Position numbers and translations under genes: made by a program. The notes under the pieces are model-generated. The model saw only the letters and a list, made by a program, of their open reading frames with translations, did not search any database and was not told where the DNA came from. Source: Myxococcota bacterium (GTDB lineage: Bacteria; Myxococcota_A; UBA796; CAJQPC01). Taken from it: a DNA stretch of 64,000 nt. The stretch lies in the NCBI GenBank assembly GCA_036229005.1, contig JAZAMN010000062.1, positions 54,257 through 118,256 of the forward strand, read 5' to 3'. This document shows, piece after piece, positions 26,723 through 35,649 of the stretch. Numbering within the stretch: the first letter of the stretch is position 1; each line of letters starts with the position of its first letter.

Positions 26723-28402
26723 ATGATCCTGCTCGCCCTCTTCTCGCCCGCTGCCCACGCTGACCCCATCTACGTCGCCATCGAAGACGGGGGCTCCAAC
26801 GGGGCGTCCGCGGCGATCGCCAGTCAGCTCAACGACGACACCTGGTACGACTTCGAGGCGACGGTGGTCACTGCGGCCGACATCGACACGGCCGCGGAGC
26901 TGGCGGCCTACGACGTCGTGATCCTGGGGGACTCCGGCTACGACGAGGTGGACTGGACCAAGGCCATGGCCGATGCCCTCAAGCAGTGGAACCATGACGG
27001 CAAGGGCGGCGTGGTGAGCGTGGGGTTCTCGGACCGGCTCAACAGCCCCAGCAGCTCGGTGCTGGAGGTGATCGACTTCGTGCAGCCCATCGACAGCTAC
27101 CCGCACTACGGCAACTCCTGCGGGGCCTCGGGCGACAACATCATCAACAGCCACGAGATCACCGCGGGGATCAGCGCGACCCTGGGCAGCGGCGCGGACA
27201 GCATCGAGGGGAACAACTACGGCACGGACGCCACCAACGGCGAGGTGCTGGGCTACACGGCCTGCGCGGGGCAGGCGAGCGTGGTGGTCGGGGAGTACAA
27301 CCTGGGCTTTCAGGTGTGGCTGGGCTTTCTGTACATGGCCCCGAGCAACTACAACAACAGCGCGCTGCGCAGCGGGGAGTGGGACCGGCTGCTGGAGCAG
27401 AGCGTGGCGTGGGCGAGCCTGGGCATCGACTCCGACGGCGACGGGGTCGGGGACGGGAAGGACAACTGCGTGGACATCGAGAACGCCGACCAGACCGACT
27501 CGGACGGGGACGGCAACGGAGATCTCTGCGATCTCTGCTGGGGCGAGGACTCCACGTATGACGGCGACGGGGACGGCTACTGCGCGGACCTGGACTGCGA
27601 CGACTGGGACGACACGGTGCTGCCTGGCGCGCCCGAGCTCTGCGACGGGATGGACAACGACTGCGACGAGGTGCTGCCGGACGATGAGACCGACCCGGAC
27701 GGCGACGGCTTCATCCTCTGCACCATCGACGCGGGGGGCTGGGACGGCGATGAGGCCGTGATCGGCGGCGAAGACTGCGCGGTGGACGAGGCGACCATCT
27801 ACCCGGGGGCGCCGGAGCTCTGCGATGGGCAGGCCAACGACTGCCTGGGCAGCATGGGCGCGGACGAGGTGGACAAGGACAGCGACGGCCGCGTGGTCTG
27901 CACCCTGGACGAGGGCGGCTGGGACGGGGAGGGGGACATCGTCGGCGGCGACGACTGCGATGACACGGAGCCTTCGGTGTTCCCGGACGCGGTGGAGCTC
28001 TGCGATGGCCTGGACAACGACTGCGACACGCTGCTGCTGGAGACCGAGGCCGACGGGGACGGGGACGGCTACGCGCCCTGCGAGACCGCGGCGGGCGGCT
28101 GGGATGGCAGCGGGGACGTGATCGGCGGCGACGACTGCGACGACGCGGACCCCGAGATCAACCCCGGGGTGGAGGAGGTCTGGTACGACGGGATCGACCA
28201 GGACTGCGACGGCCGGGACGATGACCAGGACGCCGACGGATACCCGGAGGCCGAGGACTGCGACGACCTGGACGCGTCCGTGTTCGAGGACTGCGACCGC
28301 ACCCTCTCCGGCTGTAGCTGCACCAGCCTGAGCGGACAGGGGGCCGGCTGGTGGGCCCTGGGGCTGATGGTGTTCGGGCTGGCGCGGCGGCGGCGGCGCT
28401 GA
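26723..28402 (+). CDS. Surface protein with MopE-like Cys/Asp metal-binding repeats and MYXO-CTERM-like anchor
   Basis: Repeated 'DCDD....PGA.E.CDG.DNDC'; TSP3-like 'DGDG.GD..DNC'; C-terminal 'GCSC...TM...RRRRR'. Confidence 0.85.
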   Translation: MILLALFSPAAHADPIYVAIEDGGSNGASAAIASQLNDDTWYDFEATVVTAADIDTAAELAAYDVVILGDSGYDEVDWTKAMADALKQWNHDGKGGVVSVGFSDRLNSPSSSVLEVIDFVQPIDSYPHYGNSCGASGDNIINSHEITAGISATLGSGADSIEGNNYGTDATNGEVLGYTACAGQASVVVGEYNLGFQVWLGFLYMAPSNYNNSALRSGEWDRLLEQSVAWASLGIDSDGDGVGDGKDNCVDIENADQTDSDGDGNGDLCDLCWGEDSTYDGDGDGYCADLDCDDWDDTVLPGAPELCDGMDNDCDEVLPDDETDPDGDGFILCTIDAGGWDGDEAVIGGEDCAVDEATIYPGAPELCDGQANDCLGSMGADEVDKDSDGRVVCTLDEGGWDGEGDIVGGDDCDDTEPSVFPDAVELCDGLDNDCDTLLLETEADGDGDGYAPCETAAGGWDGSGDVIGGDDCDDADPEINPGVEEVWYDGIDQDCDGRDDDQDADGYPEAEDCDDLDASVFEDCDRTLSGCSCTSLSGQGAGWWALGLMVFGLARRRRR

Positions 28403-28421
28403 GAGGGGCCCGGGCGCGGGG

Positions 28422-29408
28422 CTACTCGACCGCGCAGTAGAAGGGCTTGGCCTCGCTGCAGGTCGAGTCGTTCCACTTGCCGTTGCTGTAGTAGCCGAGC
28501 TCGGTGCAGTGCTCGGTGTCGTTCCAGTTGTTGGGCTCGCCGGCGGCCCAGTTGTAGTAGTCGAACGCGCTGGCGTCGGACCAGACCCAGGTGCCCTCGG
28601 CGTTGTAGTCGGAGAGCCCCACCCAGAAGCGCCGGCTGGCGTTGTTGTCGATCAGGAAGCGGTTCTTGTTCAGGCTGTGGATGGACTCAAGCTCGCTCCC
28701 CAGCGAACGGCAGCGCTCCTGCGCCCGGAACCAGGACAGCTCGTCGCTGCACAGGTAGGACTCGAAGCCCTGGCCGGAGACGCTGCCCTCCACGTAGCTG
28801 CAGCAGGTCTCCAGGGTCTCCATGGTGCCGTCGCAGTCGCGGTCCACGCCGTCGCAGAACTCCTGGGCGCCGGGGTGGGTCTCGCTGTCGTAGTCGTCGC
28901 AGTCCCCTCCGCGCTGGATCCAGCCCTCGCTGCCGCCGTCGCAGCGGGTCTCGGCCAGGGCATCGTCGCCGTAGCCGTCCTCGTCGATGTCGGGGTACCA
29001 GGTGGTGTCTCCGGCGTCTTCGTCGATGTCGCCGTCGCAGTCGTCGTCCAGGGTGTTGCAGCCGTCCAGGACTCCGGGGTGGATGTCCGGGTCCTGGTCG
29101 TCGCAGTCGCTCCCTTGACTGACCAGGGTCAGCTCCGCGCAGGTCTCCAGGCGCTCTCCGGCGCCGTAGCCGTCCCCGTCGTCGTCCACGTAGCCGCTGT
29201 TGAGCGCGCCCTCGTCCACGGCGCCGTCGCAGTCGTTGTCGCGGTCGTCGCAGGCCTCGGCGTTGCCCGGGAAGTTGTCGGGATCCCGGTCGTCGCAGTC
29301 CAGGTCGTGGGGGACGCCGTCGCCGTCTCGGTCACCGAGGGCGCCGCTGTCGTCCAACTGGACCTGCAGCGGGGGCATGCAGGCCATCAAGGTAGCGAAC
29401 AAGAGCAT
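28422..29408 (-). CDS. Lipoprotein with MopE-like repeats and C-type lectin domain
   Basis: 'LMAC' lipobox; three DCDD..DC repeats; CTLD motifs 'WVGL', 'W..GEPNN', 'WND..C....FYC'. Confidence 0.85.
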   Translation of the reverse strand: MLLFATLMACMPPLQVQLDDSGALGDRDGDGVPHDLDCDDRDPDNFPGNAEACDDRDNDCDGAVDEGALNSGYVDDDGDGYGAGERLETCAELTLVSQGSDCDDQDPDIHPGVLDGCNTLDDDCDGDIDEDAGDTTWYPDIDEDGYGDDALAETRCDGGSEGWIQRGGDCDDYDSETHPGAQEFCDGVDRDCDGTMETLETCCSYVEGSVSGQGFESYLCSDELSWFRAQERCRSLGSELESIHSLNKNRFLIDNNASRRFWVGLSDYNAEGTWVWSDASAFDYYNWAAGEPNNWNDTEHCTELGYYSNGKWNDSTCSEAKPFYCAVE

Positions 29409-29414
29409 GGGCGG

Positions 29415-29445
29415 AGTGTAGCCGGACCTTTGGAGGGGTTAGGAT
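29415..29445. promoter_or_regulatory. Back-to-back divergent -10-like boxes TACACT (-, 29415-29420) and TAGGAT (+, 29440-29445)
   Basis: Each lies 6 nt before its ATG (29408 on -, 29452 on +) in a 43-bp intergenic gap. Confidence 0.55.
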
Positions 29446-29451
29446 GCGCGC

Positions 29452-32400
29452 ATGGCCCGTGATGGCACCGTACTGGGCCCCTTTCGCCTGACCCGAGTGA
29501 TCGGTCAAGGGGCGATGGGGGTCGTCTGGGAAGCGCAGCACCGCGCACGCCGAAAGCGCGTGGCGGTGAAGCTGCTGCATGAGGGCAGCCTGCGGGATGA
29601 CTGGGCGGTGGCCTCCTTCCAGAAAGAGGTGCGCGCGCAGGCGGGGCTCTCCCACTCGGGGATCGTCCGGGTGCTGGACCACGGCGTGGTCGAGGAGGGC
29701 AGCCACCGCCTGCCCAAGGACAGCCCCTTTCTGGTCATGGAGCTGATCGACGGCGGTCCTCTGCACACCTACACCGGCCGCATGAGCTGGCCGCGGCTGC
29801 GGGATGTGCTGCTGCAGCTCCTGGACGCGCTCTCCCACAGCCACGCCCGCGGCGTGATCCACCGCGACCTCAAGCCGGGCAATGTCCTGGTGCTGGAGGA
29901 GCTCGGGCAGATGCCCCTACCCACGGGGAGTGGGCCCTTCCGGATCACCCTGACGGACTTTGGCCTGGCCCAGGCAGTGGACCGGGGCAGCCCCGCGGAC
30001 GGTGTGGTCGCGGGCACGCCGGCGTACATGGCCCCCGAGCAGCTCTACGGGCTGTGGCGTGACCAGGGGCCCTGGACGGACCTGTACTCGGTGGGCTGCA
30101 TGGCCTGGGCCCTGGCCACCGGGGAGCCGCCCTTTGGCCGCAAGCGCCCGGTGGCCGAGTTCCGCGACATGCACCTGCGGGCGCCGCCCCCCGCCTTCAG
30201 GCCCCTGAACCCGGTGCCGCGGGGCTTCGAGGCCTGGCTGCGCCGCCTGCTGGAGAAGCGCCCCTCCACCCGCTTCAACCGCGCAGCGGAGGCCGCCTTC
30301 GCCCTGCTGGGAATCGAGGGGGGCGCGCCCGGCTCCGGGGGGCTGACCTCGGGCAGCGTGCAGTCCCTGGCCGGGGACAAGGACCAGCTCCGGGCGCTGA
30401 TGACCCAGGCCATCGAGGCCCTGGACGAGGCCACCGGTGTGCTCCCCCTGGACGCCATCGAGCCGCTGGCGGCGCCCGCGCCGGCCCTCCAGCCTGGTCA
30501 GCCGTTGCCGCGGGTCCGCGTCCCCAGCCCCCCGGGCTGGGCGCACCCGCGGCCGCCTCGACACCCCGAGCCGCTGCCCGGCGTGGGCCTGAACCTGGTC
30601 GCCCTGCGCGAGTCCGAGGTGGTGGGCCGCAGCTCCGAGCGGGACGCGCTCTGGGCGGAGCTGCGGGAGGTGCACAGCAGCCTCAGCCAGCGCGCGGTGC
30701 TCCTGCAGGGGCCCGCGGGGTGTGGCCGCTCCCGCCTGGGGACCTGGCTGTGTGAGCGCGCGGACGAGGTCGGCGCCGCCACCGCGCTGCACGCGAGCCA
30801 CACCAAGGCCGGCGAGGGCGACGGGGTGGTGGGCATGCTGGCGCGCCACCTGCGCGCGGCCGGCCTGACCCGCCAGGAGCTCCTGGACCGCCTGCGCCCC
30901 CAGGGCGAGCTGGCCACCCCCTTGGCCGAGCTGGTGCAGCCCTCCGGGGAGCTGGGCTTCTCCTCCCGGCGCGAGCGCTTTGGCGTCATCCTGCGGTATC
31001 TGGAGCAGCTCAGCCGGCCCCTGGGGCCGCTGCAGAAGCAGGTCCCCGTGGTCCTGGTCCTGGACGACGTGCACTGGAGCCAGGAGGCCCTCGCGTTCGC
31101 CCAGCACCTGCTGGAGAGCGTGCGCAGCGTCCCCATCCTGCTGGTGCTCATCACCCAGGACGAGGCCCTGGCCGAGCTCCCCGCCGCCCGCGGCGCCCTC
31201 ACCAAGCTCGCCCGCAGCCCCCGCTGCGCGACCCTGCGCGTGGAGGCGCTCCCCGCCGCCGACCACCGGGCCATGCTGCGCGAGGTGCTGGGCATGGATC
31301 AGGCGGTGGTGGACGCGGTCGCCTCCCGCACCAGCGGCAACCCCAAGTTCGCCCTGCAGCTCGTCGAGGACTGGGCGGAGCGGCGCCTGCTGGAGGCCGC
31401 CCCCGGGGGCTACCGCCTGCGCCGCGGCGTCACCATGGACCTGCCGCCCGACCTGCAGTCGGTGTGGAAGGAGCGCGTCCAGCGCGTGCTGTCCGAGCGC
31501 ACCGCCGAGGCCGCCCAGGCCCTGGAGCTGGCCGCCGTGATGGGCGAGGAGATCGCCCTGTCCGAGTGGCGCCAGGCCTGCGAGCTGGCCAAGGTCAGCA
31601 TCCCCGCCGACCTGCTCGAGGAGCTGCGCAAGCGCCGCCTGATCCAGGACACCGGCGACGACGGCCTGCGCTTCTCCAACGTGATGCTCCGGGAGGCGCT
31701 GCTCAACCAGGCCCGCGAGCGCAAGCGCAGCCACCACTGGCACAAGGCCTGCGCCCAGGTCCTCCAGCGCCGCGCCGACCACGGCCTCTCCGTGCCCGAG
31801 CGCCTGGGAAAGCACCTGCTGCTCTCCGGGCAGCCCGAGCCCGCCCTCCAGATCCTGCTGGACGGGGGCAAGGCCGCCGTGGAGCGCGCCGAACTCGACG
31901 CTGCCGCCCGCCAGCTCCAGACCCGCGAGCGCGCCATGAAGCGCCTGCGCGTCCCCATGCAGGACCCCCGCTGGGGCGAGGGCTGGCTGGCCCAGGCCTT
32001 CCTGCTCTTCTTCGCCCGCCGCTACGAGCAGGGGGACACCATCCTGCGCCGCGCCGAGGCTGGGGCCGAGCGCTTCGGCTGGCGCATGGTCAAGGCCCAG
32101 GCCCTGCGGGAGCGCAGCCGCTTCGAGCGCCGCAACCAGGACCTGCCCGCCGCCGCCAAGGCCCTGCGTGAGGCTCTGCGGCTGGCCCCCGACGACCCCG
32201 AGCTGGCCGCCTCCTCCCGCCTGGGCCTGGGCGCCGTGCTGCTGCTGCAGGGCAACACCACCGAGGCCCGCCAGCTCCTGGAGCAGGCCCACCAGGACTA
32301 CCAGTGGGAGGGCAAGCTGGGCGGCATGGCCGACTGCGAGCTGCACCTGGCCCGCTGCGACATCCAGCAGGGGGCCCTGGACTCCGCCCTGGAGCGCATC

Positions 32401-32964
32401 CAGCGCGCCCGCTCCCTCTACAGCGAGGCCCGCTCTTCGTGGAAGGCCGCCGAGTGCCTGAACATGCTCGGGGAGATCAGCCGCTCCAAGGGTGACCTCG
32501 CTGGGGCCGAGTCCTGGTATCGCGAGGCGGCCCAGGCGCTCGAGGCGGTGGGCCACCCCGACCCCTACCTGCCCCAGATCAACCTCGGCCTCGTCCTCTC
32601 CGAGAAGGGGGAGTACGGCCGGGCCCGCGCGGTGCTGCTGCCAAAGCTCAAGACCCTGGAGCGCGGCCGCAGCCCCATGATGGTCGCTACCCTGCACCTG
32701 GCGCTGCTCACCCCCAGCGCGCACCTGGGCGAGTGGGGGGCCTGGGACCGCCACCTGGAGACCGCGCGGCGGGTGCTCAGCGAGTCCGGCTACGTCGACA
32801 TCGAGAACGCCCAGCAGGCCCAGCGGGCGGGGGAGAGCGCCCAGGCTCTGGGGGAGCGGGACCGCGCCCGGCGGGTGTGGCGGGTGGCCCTGGAGCAGTA
32901 CCGGGCCCTGGGGCGGGAGGCCGAGATGGCTGCCGCCCGGGACGCGCTGGCCGAGCTGCACTGA
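29452..32964 (+). CDS. Ser/Thr kinase - AAA/STAND ATPase - TPR protein
   Basis: 'GQGAMG', 'VAVK', 'HRDLKPGN', 'DFG', 'YMAPE'; P-loop 'GPAGCGRS', Walker B 'LVLDD'; helical TPR-like C-terminus. Confidence 0.92.
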   Translation: MARDGTVLGPFRLTRVIGQGAMGVVWEAQHRARRKRVAVKLLHEGSLRDDWAVASFQKEVRAQAGLSHSGIVRVLDHGVVEEGSHRLPKDSPFLVMELIDGGPLHTYTGRMSWPRLRDVLLQLLDALSHSHARGVIHRDLKPGNVLVLEELGQMPLPTGSGPFRITLTDFGLAQAVDRGSPADGVVAGTPAYMAPEQLYGLWRDQGPWTDLYSVGCMAWALATGEPPFGRKRPVAEFRDMHLRAPPPAFRPLNPVPRGFEAWLRRLLEKRPSTRFNRAAEAAFALLGIEGGAPGSGGLTSGSVQSLAGDKDQLRALMTQAIEALDEATGVLPLDAIEPLAAPAPALQPGQPLPRVRVPSPPGWAHPRPPRHPEPLPGVGLNLVALRESEVVGRSSERDALWAELREVHSSLSQRAVLLQGPAGCGRSRLGTWLCERADEVGAATALHASHTKAGEGDGVVGMLARHLRAAGLTRQELLDRLRPQGELATPLAELVQPSGELGFSSRRERFGVILRYLEQLSRPLGPLQKQVPVVLVLDDVHWSQEALAFAQHLLESVRSVPILLVLITQDEALAELPAARGALTKLARSPRCATLRVEALPAADHRAMLREVLGMDQAVVDAVASRTSGNPKFALQLVEDWAERRLLEAAPGGYRLRRGVTMDLPPDLQSVWKERVQRVLSERTAEAAQALELAAVMGEEIALSEWRQACELAKVSIPADLLEELRKRRLIQDTGDDGLRFSNVMLREALLNQARERKRSHHWHKACAQVLQRRADHGLSVPERLGKHLLLSGQPEPALQILLDGGKAAVERAELDAAARQLQTRERAMKRLRVPMQDPRWGEGWLAQAFLLFFARRYEQGDTILRRAEAGAERFGWRMVKAQALRERSRFERRNQDLPAAAKALREALRLAPDDPELAASSRLGLGAVLLLQGNTTEARQLLEQAHQDYQWEGKLGGMADCELHLARCDIQQGALDSALERIQRARSLYSEARSSWKAAECLNMLGEISRSKGDLAGAESWYREAAQALEAVGHPDPYLPQINLGLVLSEKGEYGRARAVLLPKLKTLERGRSPMMVATLHLALLTPSAHLGEWGAWDRHLETARRVLSESGYVDIENAQQAQRAGESAQALGERDRARRVWRVALEQYRALGREAEMAAARDALAELH

Positions 32965-33087
32965 GTCTCATCGCCGAGGGGCCAGCTTGGAGGGGCCCAG
33001 CTTCGGGTGCCCGCAGACAAGACGCGACAAGGTGCGCCGAATCCTGACCCCGGTGTCTCGTCCAAGCACGCAGAACCGGAGACTCCC

Positions 33088-33881
33088 ATGCGCTTGCTGC
33101 AGGCCTTCACGGCGACCTCGATCCCCACCGGCACCATGCTCCTGCTCATGTCCATGGGCTCGTTGGGGGCCGCTCCGCGCGTGCCTCTGGCGGCGCCGGA
33201 GGTGGAGGTCCAGGAGGAGTACTGGACCGCGCTCGCTCCGCAGACCTCGGGTCACCTCGCTGACACCCAGGTGCCCGCGCTCCCGGAAGAACACCCAGGT
33301 CCCAGCGAGGTGAACCGTCCTGAGTCCGAAGACCCCGCAGCCGCACCTCCCCCGAAGGATCCCACCCCGGCGGCTCCCAAGGCGCGGGCGCAGCGCGCGG
33401 AGGCTGGGACAGGGGGCTCGGCTGCTGGCGGGCAGAGCTCGGAGGCGCGGGAGCTGCGGGTGCACCCGGGGCGGGCGGAGCGGGACGCCCTGGCGGCCCA
33501 GGGCAAGGGCGGGCGCAAGTGTGTGGAGCCGGTGGCGGGGATCCGTAAGGCGGGGAGCGACCACTGGGCGGTGGAGCGCAGCCTGTTGGAGGCCTACGCG
33601 AAGGACCGCGACGCGGCGAGCCGGCTGGCCATGCTGACCTGGCAGACGGGGGCGGACGGTCAGGTCTCGGGGTTCAGGATCGGGCGGCTGCGCTGTGGCT
33701 CTCCGCTGCACCAGGCGGGCTTCCGCAACGGGGACGTGGTGCACGCGGTGAACGGCAAGCCCATCACCTCGTACGCGGAGGCGGCGTGGGCCTACGGTGT
33801 GCTGCGGACCAGGGCAGCCTCAAGGTCAAGCTCACCCGCAAGGACGGGAGCCCAAAGCGCCTGCGCTACACCCTGGAGTAG
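33088..33881 (+). pseudogene. GspC-like PDZ protein with an apparent 1-nt frameshift near 33806 (may be a sequencing error)
   Basis: PDZ-type 'GFRI......SPL.QAGFRNGDVVHAVNG'; a natural C-terminus 'QGSLKVKLTRKDGSPKRLRYTLE*' lies in another frame, ending at TAG 33879-33881. Confidence 0.65.
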
Positions 33882-33887
33882 GGGCGC

Positions 33888-34214
33888 TCAGGCCGTGAAG
33901 AGGCGCCGCAGGTGGTCCAGGCCCTGGAGCAGCGGAGCGAGCATGAGCAGCGCGCCGATGAGCTGGCCCAGCCAGGCGTTCCCGGTGCGGCCAGCCTCGC
34001 TGGAGTAGCGGGCCTGGGACCAGGTGGCCATGCCGAAGAAGCCGGCCAGTCCAAGCAGGGGGAAGACCAGGAGCATCGCCAGGATCGGGAACTTGGCCAG
34101 GAGCGCGAGCAGGCTGGCCGAGAGGCCAGAGCACAGCATGGACCAGAGCATCACCATGGCCCAGGAGCGGGTGGACTCGCGCTGGGGCTGGATTTGGAGG
34201 GGCTGTTCTTCCAT
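33888..34214 (-). CDS. Small membrane protein
   Basis: Three hydrophobic segments; TACGCT box 6 nt before the ATG. Confidence 0.6.
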   Translation of the reverse strand: MEEQPLQIQPQRESTRSWAMVMLWSMLCSGLSASLLALLAKFPILAMLLVFPLLGLAGFFGMATWSQARYSSEAGRTGNAWLGQLIGALLMLAPLLQGLDHLRRLFTA

Positions 34215-34220
34215 TACGTA

Positions 34221-34226
34221 AGCGTA
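34221..34226 (-). promoter_or_regulatory. -10-like box TACGCT (leaderless start)
   Basis: 6 nt before ATG 34214. Confidence 0.5.
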
Positions 34227-34336
34227 GCTTGCTGGGCCGCGTTCCGGAAGGCCAGAGCCGCCGTCATCCTCTCGGGGATCAACCCATGGCGGGCGCGGCT
34301 GTGGTCGATAGGTAGTGCAGCCAAGGGAGCGTGAAC

Positions 34337-34939
34337 ATGGCCGGCAGACAGATACTCCTCCGCTACCAGGGGCAGGAGAGCGCCTTCGGGTTCTCGCGCC
34401 TGACCCGGGACAAGCTCTACGGAAAGCGCGTGCGGCAGCACCTGGACGGCAAGGGGGAGCCCTGCACCCGGGCCAGCCTGACCAGCGACGGCGCGATCCT
34501 GATCCAGAAGGGCATGACCGCCCAGGGCTACTTTGGCCCCCAAGGGGAGATGGTCTCGATCCGCGATCTGGTGGGCCTGGATGACAGCGGCCAGCCCCTG
34601 CCCGAGCAGCCCGGCACCCTGGGCGTGCCCCAGGACCTGAGCCCGGCGGCCCCCACCGAGCTGACAGACGTGCGCGTCCACGCGGTCTACGCCCTGGACC
34701 CGGAGAGCGTCTCGCCGGAGCTGGAGCAGGCCCTGGATCGCGGTGAGCTCTTCTCCTTCACCTTCAACTACCGGGCCGACTACCGCAGCGAGCTGGGCTT
34801 TCTGCTCCGCAACGACGCCGGCCTGTTCGCGCTGATCGGCCAGCCCCAGCGCTGGGCGTGGTCCGAGCTGGCCTCCCTGCCGGACGTGGTGGACGAAGAC
34901 ACCGCCGACGACGACAGCCTCGACTTCGAGATGTTCTGA
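34337..34939 (+). CDS. Hypothetical protein, possibly Ku-core-like (A)
   Basis: GGAG RBS 7 nt before ATG; first gene of the ligase operon; acidic tail; Ku resemblance is by eye only. Confidence 0.7.
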   Translation: MAGRQILLRYQGQESAFGFSRLTRDKLYGKRVRQHLDGKGEPCTRASLTSDGAILIQKGMTAQGYFGPQGEMVSIRDLVGLDDSGQPLPEQPGTLGVPQDLSPAAPTELTDVRVHAVYALDPESVSPELEQALDRGELFSFTFNYRADYRSELGFLLRNDAGLFALIGQPQRWAWSELASLPDVVDEDTADDDSLDFEMF

Positions 34940-35649
34940 TGCCTCAGTACCGCAAGCTCCACATCGCCAACGAAGACGGCCGCGACGCCACGGTCCTCTT
35001 TGCCCCGCTCAAGGCCGACAAGCCCCCCGAGAAGGGCCTCCCTGACGGCAGCCCCGTCCAGTTCAAGCGCTACCTGGCCTCCACGGAAGGCGGGCTGCAC
35101 GAGGCCCTCCAGGCGCGCCTGGGCGAAGACTACGGGCAGGCGTTGATCGATGGCGACCCCGAGGTCGACCGCGAGCTGGTTGGCCGCGAGATCGGCGAGA
35201 CCAACCAGGTCTTCCTCTCGTCCGAGGGCGAGGTCCTCTACGCCGCCCCCCGCGTGGTCGAGCTGCTGCTGGGCCCCGACGGCCAGGAGAAGGAGCGCCG
35301 GGCGCCCGTGGACACGCCGTCCAACGTCAACGACGAGATGCCGGTGCGCTGGACGGGCAAGATGATGCCCCGGCGGGACGTGGTGCGGCGCTTCCTGCTC
35401 AGCCGCAGCCTGCAGATCCAGCACGTGGACGGCCTGAGCTTCGACTACCTGCACGCCATGGCCAAGCGCCTGGACGAGGCCGATTCGATGGTGCTGGTCG
35501 GTGGCGGCGCCAAGGGCCGGGACCCTCTGGTCTTCCAGGTCAACGGCAGCCCCTACCGCGGCTTCTTGGAGGGGCGCGTGGACGGCCAGCGCTACCTGCT
35601 GCTGCTGCACCTCTCCAACATGGAGCTCAAGCTCCCCAAGGAGGCCTGA
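34939..35649 (+). CDS. Hypothetical protein, possibly Ku-core-like (B)
   Basis: TGATG coupling to the previous gene; 'DGSPVQFKRY' segment and beta-rich C-terminal half. Confidence 0.7.
   Translation: MPQYRKLHIANEDGRDATVLFAPLKADKPPEKGLPDGSPVQFKRYLASTEGGLHEALQARLGEDYGQALIDGDPEVDRELVGREIGETNQVFLSSEGEVLYAAPRVVELLLGPDGQEKERRAPVDTPSNVNDEMPVRWTGKMMPRRDVVRRFLLSRSLQIQHVDGLSFDYLHAMAKRLDEADSMVLVGGGAKGRDPLVFQVNGSPYRGFLEGRVDGQRYLLLLHLSNMELKLPKEA

Noticed and set aside
27420..29340. Nucleotide repeats (GACTGCGACGAC and similar) as a DNA repeat array
   Set aside because: Explained by coding Cys/Asp MopE-like protein repeats
29917..32961. 1014-aa minus-strand ORF
   Set aside because: Antisense shadow of the kinase-ATPase-TPR gene
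34215..34336. SOS/LexA box upstream of the ligase operon
   Set aside because: No palindrome or known LexA consensus that I could support
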